64,000 nucleotides of DNA from a virus, in the IMG/VR virus record IMGVR_UViG_3300036399_001571, positions 32,001 through 96,000 of that record. One strand, written 5' to 3'. Shown one piece after another: positions 45,807 through 55,048 of the stretch. The stretch's first letter is position 1. Each line of letters begins with the position of its first letter. Under the pieces are notes generated by a model. It saw only the letters and a list, made by a program, of their open reading frames with translations. It had not been told where the DNA came from and searched no databases. Made by a program: the position numbers and the translations under genes.

Positions 45807-48800
45807 ATGTTCGTACGGCGTCGCCGCGTTAATAAGCCTGCATTGATAATGGCGGTTCCTTCGGTATTCCTTTTGTTGGTATCGATTTTCGGTTTTTCTG
45901 CGCCAGTCCAGGCTGATTCTTTCCCTGATGCTGGATTTGAGGATGGAACCTTTACGGGCTGGGAAAAGGGAAGCCAGTCAGGGAGCCTAGGAAGCACCAT
46001 TACTGGAAACGGAACTGGCGTAACTATATTTACTGGTTCTAGGACATTCACCCATAGTCAACATGGAGCAATGGGCAGCCCTACAAAACAAGATGGGTCA
46101 GCGAACCCATATTACGCTCCAGCGGTATCTGCTGGAAGTTGGACATTTGGGCCAAACAATGCAGCAAAAGCAGTCGCCCTGCAACCGATGGGACAAATTA
46201 CATTCTCTGACGCAATGACTGCGCTCGGATTGTCTGGGTCTCCGCAAACAGCAATACAGGCACAGTTGACAGCAGATAGAAATGCATCTGGGTTTGGGAG
46301 TCCTACGCCAACCAACGCGGCATGGATTACTAGAGAAGTACAACTAACTGCTGGCACTACCTACACAATGTCTTGGAACTACCTAGGAACGGACTATGTT
46401 CCTTATAACGATGGTTCCGTGACCGGCCTTGTGCCAGTAACTGTAACTGGAACTCCAGTTATAAGAGTGAACAATTACGTACAGTCGTATGCCCTTCTTG
46501 GATTCACCAACCCAGGAACTGGCGACTATTCAACGAATTCCTATGGTGCTACTGGTTGGCAAACATCTACATACAAAGTCGATATAACCGGAACATACAA
46601 ACTTGGTTTTGCTGTCTTTAACCTTGGGGACACCTCCCTCTCTCCAGTGCTGATGATTGACAGCGAGGCTGGCTCAACAGAGCGTTGCGTCTCTGGAACT
46701 TGCACTACATTCGGTGGAGTTGCTTCTAATAGCGAAACCGCACCAACGGTTCCCCCTACAACTACAACTACAACTACTGTTGCCCAAACTACTACTACCA
46801 GTAGCACAACTACCACAAGTACTACGACTACTACTATTCCTGCTGCAACATCGCTTGAAGTTACAAGTCTCTTGGATGATGGTTCAAGCGGAACTCTTCG
46901 CTGGGCAATCAATCAAGCCAACGCAAATGCTGGTGGGATTTACGATGCCATTGACATCACCACAGAAGGAACAATCACCCTCACTTCCGACTTGCCCAAC
47001 ATTACGGCTGGGGTGACAATCACCGGCACGGGAATGGCTACGACAATTATTGATGGCAATAATTTGTGGCGAGCCATTTACAACAATGGCTCAAGAACAA
47101 TTGTTATTGAAGACATCACATTCAAGCAAGGTAAAAATGTTTCATGGAACGGTGGGCTGATTTACAACGCCTCTGGAACAATGACGTTCAATCGGATAAA
47201 GATTTCCAATCATTCATCGTGGGCTTTCTACCAAGGCGGCGGTGGAGTTACCACATTCAATGATTCCCAATTCACCAATAATGGTTATGCAATTACCTCT
47301 GACCACGGCGGAACACCTACAGCCCTGAGCCTTACGGATACTGATTACTCAAATCGTATTTATGTAAACGATTCAACATTTACATCAAATACTTATGGCA
47401 TTCGTACCGAGCGCTTTGTCAAAATAAATAACAGTCAGTTCACAGGCAACACACAGGTTGGTGCGTATCTAGGAGGGCTCAACCGTCAGCAAGTTCTAAA
47501 TTCAACATTTACTTCAAACGGTGTTGGCGTGTACTTCTCGTCATGGATTCCGACAAGTTGGGCGGTTGGCGCTGGCAACCAAACGGTTTCAGGTAATACA
47601 TTCAACGGCAACACCACTGCTATTCAGTTTGCAAACAATTGGAATAACGGCTCTTCGGTGTACAACGGAGTAAGTGCGAACTCGTTCTCCACAGCCAGTG
47701 AAAACACCTTTGGCATTACTGCGCAAAACACAAACAATTTCTCGGGCTCTGGATATGTGGAGTCCAATAACACAATCACTGCGGCTTATCTGAATCCAGT
47801 CACAAACTTGACGGCTGTGGCAAACGCAGACGGAAGTGTTGACCTTGATTGGGATGCATCGGCGGCAAGTAATTGCGTCATCTACGGATACTCAGTAAGT
47901 TTCTACGACCTCACCGTAATTGGTGGAGCAACATCGGGTGGTTGGGGGGTTTGGACTAATCAAGGAACCAGCTACTCGTTAAGCACTGAAATGTTCTCTG
48001 GCAGTAATCCTGTCACGACTGGATACGGACCAGTTCGCTTTGGTATCAAAGCAATGACGGCTGGGTGTGCCGGAGTTGGAACTGGTAGTTGCACTTATGG
48101 TCCTGAAGTAACCGTTGATGCAACTGTTCTTGACCCGACAACCACTTCATCTACTACTACAACTACGACCAGTACGACTGTCGCTCCTGTCGTCGTGACT
48201 CCCCCATACGGTACAACAGTGCCACTCCCGCAATACCCAGAGCCTGAAACAGAATCCACAACGGTGCCGCTTCCCGTAGAAACAGGAATTGGAATCGAAT
48301 TGCCAACAGAGACAATTCCAGAATACTCAGAACCAATTGGAATAGACCCAACAGAAACCGAAACGGTAGTAGTAATAATTCCACCAGATGATTATACCGT
48401 CACAGACATAGAAGACAACGAGCCAATCACGACAGTCATATTGGACAATATCCTAGAAAATACGTTCACTACCGATATTGAGGCTGACGAGGTTGGTGCT
48501 GTTCTTGACACTCTCCTTGGCGCTGAACTTACCAACACCCAGTTTGACAATGTTCTAGAAGCCGTCTTTACCGAAGATGTTTCGGCAGATGTATTCACCG
48601 AGGCACTAACGACAATGCTGGATGCAGACATCACCAGCGCACAGTTGACGGCAGTTTTGGATTCAGCGTTCTCAGAAGATACTTCTGCTGAGAATATGGT
48701 GTCGGCTTTGGTGTCAATCTTTGATGGTCCGCTTAGTTCTGGCGACCTAGACACAGTTATGGCAGCCGTATTTGACGAAGATATATCGGTTGCGGACACT

Positions 48801-49814
48801 ATGACCGTACTTGGAGACTTGCTTGAAACAAACCTAAGCGCGTCAGAAACAGAAGCAATCTTTGACAGCGTGTTTGACAGTGACCTTTCCGACGCAGAAA
48901 CCATTGACCTCATCGTTGATGTGTTGGAGGACGAACTCACCTCAGAGTTGTTGAACACTGTTCTTGGTGCGGTCTTTGACGAAGAAGTAAGCAACGAGGT
49001 TTTGATTGAAACCTTCACCGCTGTCTTGGGTAATGAACTAGACGCTGAATCGGTCGGAGTAATCGTGGATGTGTTGGAATCCGACACAATTACGAGCGAG
49101 CAGGTTGGACAAGTCGTTACGTTGGTAATTGAGCAAGAGGGTGGCATCGAGTCTGGACAAGCAACCGAACTTGCAACAAGCTCCAAGGTTCTTGAAAGCA
49201 TTGACGGCGAACAAGCATCCGCAGTGTTTAACGCAATCGTTGTTGCTGAGGTTTCAGAAGAGGCTGGTGCTGCAATTTCAGAAGCACTCACCGAGGCACC
49301 AACCGATGTTAAGGAATCATTTGAAGAAGAAATCAACGTATTCGCCGGCGTGTTCGATACGTATACCGCATTAGGTTCTTCTATAGATGTTGGTACAAGA
49401 AGAAGCGTAATTGCGGTAAACTTGGTGACCAGTACTGTGGCTCTAGCCGCTGCTGCTGGTGGAATACCAACCCCAGGCTCTAGCCCATCTAACCCATCTG
49501 GCCCAAGACAAGACGTTGCGGTTCGCAGGGAAGATGAGGAAGCCGAGGAAGGTGGAGCCATTGAGGGCGAAGGTCCTGAATGGATTAAGCGGATATCTAT
49601 TTACAAATATGAAGATGGAGTGAGAGTTATGGACTGGAAGAACTTTACAAGAAAATTTGTTTACGGAGTTATGGCATCTGGTTTCACGCTTGCTGGAGCC
49701 ACGGTTATGTACTTCACTCTTTCTGGATTCACACAAAAGATTGCCCTCTGGGGAACGGTCTTGGCATTCACTGCATCGATGTATCTCCACATGAAGGAAC
49801 CAGACGGAGAGTAA
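45807..49814 (+). CDS. Large secreted, membrane-anchored multidomain surface protein
   Basis: Signal peptide (VQA cleavage site), beta-sandwich domain, poly-Thr linkers, pectin-lyase-like beta-helix (F..N repeats), FN3-like unit, acidic ~17-aa repeats, C-terminal TM helices. Confidence 0.75.
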   Translation: MFVRRRRVNKPALIMAVPSVFLLLVSIFGFSAPVQADSFPDAGFEDGTFTGWEKGSQSGSLGSTITGNGTGVTIFTGSRTFTHSQHGAMGSPTKQDGSANPYYAPAVSAGSWTFGPNNAAKAVALQPMGQITFSDAMTALGLSGSPQTAIQAQLTADRNASGFGSPTPTNAAWITREVQLTAGTTYTMSWNYLGTDYVPYNDGSVTGLVPVTVTGTPVIRVNNYVQSYALLGFTNPGTGDYSTNSYGATGWQTSTYKVDITGTYKLGFAVFNLGDTSLSPVLMIDSEAGSTERCVSGTCTTFGGVASNSETAPTVPPTTTTTTTVAQTTTTSSTTTTSTTTTTIPAATSLEVTSLLDDGSSGTLRWAINQANANAGGIYDAIDITTEGTITLTSDLPNITAGVTITGTGMATTIIDGNNLWRAIYNNGSRTIVIEDITFKQGKNVSWNGGLIYNASGTMTFNRIKISNHSSWAFYQGGGGVTTFNDSQFTNNGYAITSDHGGTPTALSLTDTDYSNRIYVNDSTFTSNTYGIRTERFVKINNSQFTGNTQVGAYLGGLNRQQVLNSTFTSNGVGVYFSSWIPTSWAVGAGNQTVSGNTFNGNTTAIQFANNWNNGSSVYNGVSANSFSTASENTFGITAQNTNNFSGSGYVESNNTITAAYLNPVTNLTAVANADGSVDLDWDASAASNCVIYGYSVSFYDLTVIGGATSGGWGVWTNQGTSYSLSTEMFSGSNPVTTGYGPVRFGIKAMTAGCAGVGTGSCTYGPEVTVDATVLDPTTTSSTTTTTTSTTVAPVVVTPPYGTTVPLPQYPEPETESTTVPLPVETGIGIELPTETIPEYSEPIGIDPTETETVVVIIPPDDYTVTDIEDNEPITTVILDNILENTFTTDIEADEVGAVLDTLLGAELTNTQFDNVLEAVFTEDVSADVFTEALTTMLDADITSAQLTAVLDSAFSEDTSAENMVSALVSIFDGPLSSGDLDTVMAAVFDEDISVADTMTVLGDLLETNLSASETEAIFDSVFDSDLSDAETIDLIVDVLEDELTSELLNTVLGAVFDEEVSNEVLIETFTAVLGNELDAESVGVIVDVLESDTITSEQVGQVVTLVIEQEGGIESGQATELATSSKVLESIDGEQASAVFNAIVVAEVSEEAGAAISEALTEAPTDVKESFEEEINVFAGVFDTYTALGSSIDVGTRRSVIAVNLVTSTVALAAAAGGIPTPGSSPSNPSGPRQDVAVRREDEEAEEGGAIEGEGPEWIKRISIYKYEDGVRVMDWKNFTRKFVYGVMASGFTLAGATVMYFTLSGFTQKIALWGTVLAFTASMYLHMKEPDGE

Positions 49815-49834
49815 TCCTGATATAGACTCTTTTC

Positions 49835-50704
49835 ATGTCTGGAAAAATTGATAAAAATCAGCTTTTATCCGACATATATGAAAAGAACTTTAGTCCTGGA
49901 GTATTAAAATTTTCTGCGCAAGCAGAGTTCCCTCCCAAAAGATACCCCTATGAGGAATCTGGTTATTCAGGTCCGGATATCCTTGCAAACTTATATCACC
50001 CAGATGTTCTTTACAGGCTAAATACCGATGGGTTCTTTGGTGATGACTTTATTAAAAACTCGGACATCATTGCGCTTGGGTGCTCTATAACAGCAGGCGT
50101 TGGAGTGCAAACGAAATACTCGTGGCCGCAGATAGTAAAAGAACGAACGGGGATGAGCGTAAATCACATAGGGTTGCTTGGTGGCTCAATACAACAACTG
50201 GTGACACTTGTTGTTGATTTTATGGCTATATATGGAAAACCCAAACATCTTCTATTCCTTGCACCAGATATGACTAGGCAGTGGGTTTTTGATTCTGTCT
50301 ATCCATTTAGACATAGATACGAATTCGACGAATCAATAGATGACTTTTTTTGCTTTGACAAAAAACCAACGATAAAAAAGAGTCTAAACGGATTGAATAT
50401 TGATATGAAATTGGTTGCCCAAAATTCATTTAACTCACTATCAATCCTGTCCAACCTGTGCCAACTGCTTGATATTAATTATGGGTTTTGCACATGGAGT
50501 CATAGCGACTCAAAGATATATGAGAATTTTAATGTGAAAAACTATATTCCAAATATCCCACAAGATGTTTTGAATAAGAAATTAAGCTCATACAAACCCA
50601 ACGATGAAAATTCCGCCTATTGGGATATTGGTACAGACAAAATGCACCAAGGAGTTCGTGGACATCTCTTTCATGCTGAAAGATTTATGACAATACTGGA
50701 CTAA
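49835..50704 (+). CDS. SGNH/GDSL-like hypothetical protein
   Basis: YRLN..GF...IALGCSITAGVG...SWP...GGS...D..HQG. Confidence 0.6.
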   Translation: MSGKIDKNQLLSDIYEKNFSPGVLKFSAQAEFPPKRYPYEESGYSGPDILANLYHPDVLYRLNTDGFFGDDFIKNSDIIALGCSITAGVGVQTKYSWPQIVKERTGMSVNHIGLLGGSIQQLVTLVVDFMAIYGKPKHLLFLAPDMTRQWVFDSVYPFRHRYEFDESIDDFFCFDKKPTIKKSLNGLNIDMKLVAQNSFNSLSILSNLCQLLDINYGFCTWSHSDSKIYENFNVKNYIPNIPQDVLNKKLSSYKPNDENSAYWDIGTDKMHQGVRGHLFHAERFMTILD

Positions 50705-50805
50705 AAAACCATTTGATAATTAGTACATAATAATTGACCAACTATTGTTGTAAAATTGCAGCACGCCAACTTGGCGAATTGACACTTTTTACGAAATGAG
50801 TTGAC

Positions 50806-51576
50806 ATGAGCAAAGTTGCATGGAATTACATCGTCCCTGTAGTGCTTCCAAAAGACCTTAAAGGAATTGAGCCAGGGAAGCTTCCAGCCAACCTTTTGAG
50901 GGCTGTTCCCGGCGGCGGCAAGATGCATTGGATTGCTGCATCGGCATGGACTGCTATGGTCGAAAAGGCAAAGGCTGAAGGCGTTGAGCTAAAACCGACT
51001 TCCAGCGGCGACACATATAGAGATTACGAGACCCAGAAAAAAGGATTTCTCACCCGCTACACACTTGACAAAGTGGACGGAACCAGCACTAAAACCTTTG
51101 AAGGCAAGACTTGGTATCTCAAGAAAGGTATGGCGATGCTTGCCACGCCTGGTAAATCGCAGCATAACCTCGGTTTGGCCTGTGACGTTCATTCCGCGTC
51201 TGAGCCAAAGCGCCTCAACTGGCTTATTGCGAATGTCAAAGAGTTTGGCTTCTCATGGGAAGTAGTTCCATCTGAGCCATGGCATCTTCGCTATGTTTCC
51301 GGAGACAATGTTCCAGCCTCTGTAAAGGCATGGATGGACGCCAACGGAGTTACCGCACCAGCAGCAGGCGGAGCGCCAGTCGTAACACCTGCAGCAGGCG
51401 GCAATGACATCAGCAAGCTCCAAGAGGCACTTAAAGCTAAGGGTTTCTATAAAGGCGCTATCAATGGTCAAAAAGATGTCGCAACCGACGCTGCGGTAAA
51501 AGCTTTCAAAGTAGCAAACAAGCTTGCTGCTGACTCTGTAGTTGGTCCAAAAGTAAAAGAACTGCTCGGACTCTAA
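50806..51576 (+). CDS. Endolysin: M15 (VanY-like) Zn peptidase plus peptidoglycan-binding domain
   Basis: YR...Q, A.PGKSQHNLGLACD, EPWH; C-terminal LQEALKAKGF...AVKAFK...L.AD.VVGP. Confidence 0.9.
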   Translation: MSKVAWNYIVPVVLPKDLKGIEPGKLPANLLRAVPGGGKMHWIAASAWTAMVEKAKAEGVELKPTSSGDTYRDYETQKKGFLTRYTLDKVDGTSTKTFEGKTWYLKKGMAMLATPGKSQHNLGLACDVHSASEPKRLNWLIANVKEFGFSWEVVPSEPWHLRYVSGDNVPASVKAWMDANGVTAPAAGGAPVVTPAAGGNDISKLQEALKAKGFYKGAINGQKDVATDAAVKAFKVANKLAADSVVGPKVKELLGL

Positions 51577-51581
51577 TAGTC

Positions 51582-51830
51582 ATGACCGAGATAATCGTCG
51601 CCCTTGTTGGTGTTATTGGACTTATAGCCGTAGCGCTCATTGAAAAAGACCGTCGTTCATCAAAGATTATGTGGGAAGAAAACAAGGCAGACCATAACTA
51701 CGTTGTCGAGAAGATTGAAACTCTTGGCAAAAGTCTTGGACGCTCAATTGATAAAACCAATAAATCACTCGACAGGGTGGAAGACAAACTCGACACACAC
51801 ATTCGCGACCACGCAATAGGAGACCTCTAA
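51582..51830 (+). CDS. Single-TM coiled-coil protein (lysis-associated / holin-like)
   Basis: N-terminal TM IIVALVGVIGLIAVALI; RVEDKLDTHI. Confidence 0.65.
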   Translation: MTEIIVALVGVIGLIAVALIEKDRRSSKIMWEENKADHNYVVEKIETLGKSLGRSIDKTNKSLDRVEDKLDTHIRDHAIGDL

Positions 51831-52063
51831 TGGCAAGTGGAAAGCCAGCTAAAAGAAACGTATCAAACACTGTCGTTTCAACACCAAAAATTGACGATGG
51901 CCAAAACGTACTTTACGTTGGCGCCGGTAAATCTGTGTTTCATAAATGCCCTGTTTGCAGTAAGTCAACAGGCAAGGGAATGGTGAGAGAATACAAAAGC
52001 GAACTTTTCTGCTCTCGCGGTTGTGTTGTCTCTCATAAATCAAAGACTGAAGTTTCCGTATGA
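51830..52063 (+). CDS. Small Zn-finger-like protein
   Basis: CPVC...FCSRGC. Confidence 0.6.
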   Translation: MASGKPAKRNVSNTVVSTPKIDDGQNVLYVGAGKSVFHKCPVCSKSTGKGMVREYKSELFCSRGCVVSHKSKTEVSV

Positions 52064-52332
52064 AAAAGGACTTACTCGTAAATGTCTTACTTAGAATTCT
52101 TGCTACTTTCGCCGCATCTGGTCTTGGCGTTATCGGCGCAGGAACTATCGCTGGTGTTCCAGTACTCAAAGCTGTCTTCATGGCTGGAATTGCAGGGGTT
52201 GCAGTCGTAGTTGAAGGACTCTCACGCGCATTCCTCGAAGATGGAAAACTTTCAAGTTCTGAAATCAATGATGTGTTCAACAAGGTTGACAAAAAAGCAC
52301 CAGCGAAAGCAAAGGAAAATAATGCCCGGTAG
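52060..52332 (+). CDS. Two-TM membrane protein (holin-like)
   Basis: LRILATFAASGLGVIGAG...A..AGVAVVVEGL.RAFL.DG. Confidence 0.65.
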   Translation: MKKDLLVNVLLRILATFAASGLGVIGAGTIAGVPVLKAVFMAGIAGVAVVVEGLSRAFLEDGKLSSSEINDVFNKVDKKAPAKAKENNAR

Positions 52333-52447
52333 CCACGAAAAGTCTGAGTGCCAATGTGCACATTGCGGTTGTGAAACTTGGTGCATGAACGATTGTCCTT
52401 GCACCGAATTAATGGGTGCCAGTGCATGCACAAGTCAACACGATTAA
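52322..52447 (+). CDS. Possible metallothionein-like 41-aa peptide
   Basis: MPGSHEKSECQCAHCGCETWCMNDCPCTELMGASACTSQHD, 8 Cys and 3 His; bridges two genes by overlapping both. Confidence 0.4.
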   Translation: MPGSHEKSECQCAHCGCETWCMNDCPCTELMGASACTSQHD

Positions 52448-52659
52448 TTAAACTGCTTCCAATCATGCTGATTGCAGTTTCAGCCTGCGGCTATGATGGA
52501 AAGTATCGTTATCCATGCCAAGACCCAGAAAATTGGGGCAAAAGTGAATGTGAGCCACCAGAATGCAAGGTAGATGGAGCGTGCACAGAGACGCTGCTTG
52601 GATGGGACCCAAGCGCAGAGGTAACAGAAACTACAACAGGAGAGGTAGTCGCCCCATGA
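52426..52659 (+). CDS. Putative lipoprotein
   Basis: Hydrophobic leader and lipobox-like VSAC; mature part GYDGKYRYPCQDP..W...EC.PP.C...G.C. Confidence 0.65.
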   Translation: MHKSTRLIKLLPIMLIAVSACGYDGKYRYPCQDPENWGKSECEPPECKVDGACTETLLGWDPSAEVTETTTGEVVAP

Positions 52660-52937
52660 GACCACGCCTAACACCAGCCGAACTAGATGCTCGCCTTAAG
52701 TTTGTTATTGGCTGCATGCTTGGATTTGTTCTCCTCATAACAACCGTTGGAGTCCTCTGGGCACTTGTATTCGTGACACAGCCAATTGGTGCTCAAGCCG
52801 AAAACGACAAGATGTTCTTTGGGGTCCTGTCCTCGGTTGCAACATTTATCACCGGAACTTTGGCTGGATTGATGATTTCAACAGGTCGTAATGCAGAAGA
52901 CAAAAACGGTAACGGGATTCCAGACAGCGAAGAGTAA
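52656..52937 (+). CDS. Two-TM membrane protein with a C-terminal DxNxNG Ca-binding-like motif
   Basis: ATGA overlap with the lipoprotein gene; two TMs; DKNGNGIPD. Confidence 0.7.
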   Translation: MRPRLTPAELDARLKFVIGCMLGFVLLITTVGVLWALVFVTQPIGAQAENDKMFFGVLSSVATFITGTLAGLMISTGRNAEDKNGNGIPDSEE

Positions 52938-52940
52938 ATA

Positions 52941-53543
52941 GTGTCTTTACACGAATTGGGTCTGAAACATGGAACCGATAAATCGACGTTCCATAAGTAC
53001 ATGGAGTTCTACGAAAAGCACATTCCAAAGAATGAGATAAAAACATTCCTTGAGATAGGCGTCCAAGGTGGATTCTCGCTCCGCACATGGAGAGAGTGGT
53101 TTAATGATGATTGTGAAATTGAGGGTTGGGACATAAACCCTCTTATACACATACCTGGATGTACCGTAAAGATAGTCGACCAGGCTGAAAGAAAACAAAT
53201 AAAATCAAGTTCTAGAGATTTCTATGACCTCATTATTGATGATGGAGGTCATACCCCAGAACAGATGCAGACGTCATTTTCTGTCCTCTTCCCTAAATGT
53301 AAGTACTTCATAATTGAGGACCTCCACGCGCCTTGGTGTGGAAGCGAGTTCATGCCAGAAGGCGAAGAGAACACCGTCGACCTGATAGAACGGATACCAA
53401 TGTGGAGCTCCAAGCACTCAACCAAAGAAGAATCTGATTACATAAATCAGAATGCTGAAGTTGTTGAGCTGTATATCCAAGGGGAAAGACACCACCCACA
53501 ATCAATGACGGTATTCATAAAAAATAGACAAAACCTCGAATAG
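52941..53543 (+). CDS. SAM-dependent O-methyltransferase (MycE-like)
   Basis: GTDK...H.Y...Y, LEIGVQGG.SL..W, DLIIDDGGH, IIEDL. Confidence 0.85.
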   Translation: MSLHELGLKHGTDKSTFHKYMEFYEKHIPKNEIKTFLEIGVQGGFSLRTWREWFNDDCEIEGWDINPLIHIPGCTVKIVDQAERKQIKSSSRDFYDLIIDDGGHTPEQMQTSFSVLFPKCKYFIIEDLHAPWCGSEFMPEGEENTVDLIERIPMWSSKHSTKEESDYINQNAEVVELYIQGERHHPQSMTVFIKNRQNLE

Positions 53544-53581
53544 GGGCTAGGATAGACTTAGTCTTTAATAAAAGGGGGATA

Positions 53582-53758
53582 ATGCCAGTAAAAGGTGGAT
53601 ATCAGGCTCGCAAGGACTATGAGCGAGAAAGAAAGAATCGTAAGCGCATAGAGGCCTACATGCTGCTCCCCGAGCCAGAGCGCTCCAAAAAGCTGGAGGC
53701 AAACGCCAGACGCAGAGCATACCAGATGAGATGGACTCAGGAAAAAACCTACTTTTAA
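53582..53758 (+). CDS. Small basic hypothetical protein (not in ORF track)
   Basis: AAGGGGG RBS, then a 58-aa ORF MPVKGGYQARKDYERERKN...TYF. Confidence 0.5.
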   Translation: MPVKGGYQARKDYERERKNRKRIEAYMLLPEPERSKKLEANARRRAYQMRWTQEKTYF

Positions 53759-53846
53759 GCCATACCCTACTCACCTGAAAATGGTGGTAATTTCTTTGTG
53801 TACACCACCTGCTTTGGGATGGGCGAGTTTTTTCAGATTTATCCAA

Positions 53847-54182
53847 ATGGCTTCAAACAATAACGCTGACATGCTCTGGCATGATGATGGGCACTCTATA
53901 GAGCTGCGCATAAACAGGTCAGAATTAGAAGTTCTTTCCATAAAGTGTCCAAAGACCGATGACCGCAAATGCGCATCAGAAGACCACGACTGCGTTGTTG
54001 AGTATTACATACAGCGATTTGGCATGGAATGCAATGCTGGGGTGTGTCCTGCTTCAGAGAACATCCCAATCTGCTGGACGCTTCTCGGAGACCAAAGAAA
54101 CCTTGACCTAGCTCAAGTCTGGTTCATGCCGAAAACTGACGAACTATTTTCCGCCTGGCTCATTGCCACAAAAAACCCTTAA
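53847..54182 (+). CDS. Hypothetical Cys-containing protein
   Basis: ORF from MASNN. Confidence 0.6.
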   Translation: MASNNNADMLWHDDGHSIELRINRSELEVLSIKCPKTDDRKCASEDHDCVVEYYIQRFGMECNAGVCPASENIPICWTLLGDQRNLDLAQVWFMPKTDELFSAWLIATKNP

Positions 54183-54637
54183 AAAGGTTCGTCCTCTTTT
54201 TGCTCCGGAGCTGAGGCTTCCTTCTTTTTCGGCTTTCGAAGGGCCGATATTGCATCAAAAAACTTGCGTATATCAGGGTGTTTTAAGACCTCTTCTTCAT
54301 TGACTTTGTAAATATTTTGTCGGTTGACTTTTGTCTTTGTAATTAACCCTGATGCAATAAGGGATTTAACCGTTTTGTCAATCATTGTCTCACTCAGGTC
54401 AAGGTAAACGGAAATTGCTCGCTGAGTTAATTTTGGGTCTTCGCTTAATACAACGAGAACACGACCAGCCGTTGACAAGAGACTAATCACGTCGTCGTTG
54501 TGGTATCTGAACACTTTCTGTTTATCAAGGGCACGCATGACCGCTTCCACGGCATCTTCATCTGAATCAGATTGGTTCACGCCAAGGGCAGCTTGAATGG
54601 CCTTTTTGACCTCATCTGCCCGGTTGTCGTTTTTCAT
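54179..54637 (-). CDS. Winged-helix HTH protein (MarR-like)
   Basis: RVLVVL...LTQRAIS..LDLSE..I.K.VK.L...GLI.K.K..R...Y. Confidence 0.75.
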   Translation of the reverse strand: MKNDNRADEVKKAIQAALGVNQSDSDEDAVEAVMRALDKQKVFRYHNDDVISLLSTAGRVLVVLSEDPKLTQRAISVYLDLSETMIDKTVKSLIASGLITKTKVNRQNIYKVNEEEVLKHPDIRKFFDAISALRKPKKKEASAPEQKEDEPF

Positions 54638-54769
54638 AAAATCTGCCTAGGTGTACCTGTTATTTAAATCACAATGGTGTAGTATCTCTGATGGGTCACT
54701 GATACCGCACTTGCGGTCTTGGTGAGCGGAACTCACAAGACCTACAACTTAGGAGATTAGCAGGTAAAT

Positions 54770-55048
54770 ATGCCACTCAAAGACACACTCAAATTAATCG
54801 CGGATAAATCCGGAATGGGCTCGATGTGCAAGTTTGGGAGGATTTACTCCGACATGGACGCAGAGACTAAAGACGCCCTACGCAGCGCCATGACGAGTAG
54901 CGCGTCGACTATGGATATCTGCAGAGCCCTAAATGATGACGGAATCAAAATCCGTAGAGAATTCTTAGGGGAGAAAAGAAAGTGCTTCTCATCAATTTCA
55001 GCAGCATCAAATTGTTGCCTCAACTCAGAAAGTAACGCACCAAAATGA
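54770..55048 (+). CDS. Small hypothetical protein, possibly DNA-binding
   Basis: C...R....DAET..AL...M......ICRAL..DG; overlaps the phosphoesterase gene. Confidence 0.65.
   Translation: MPLKDTLKLIADKSGMGSMCKFGRIYSDMDAETKDALRSAMTSSASTMDICRALNDDGIKIRREFLGEKRKCFSSISAASNCCLNSESNAPK

Noticed and set aside
48392-49561. 389-aa antisense ORF
   Set aside because: It is a mirror of the acidic repeat region of the 1335-aa gene
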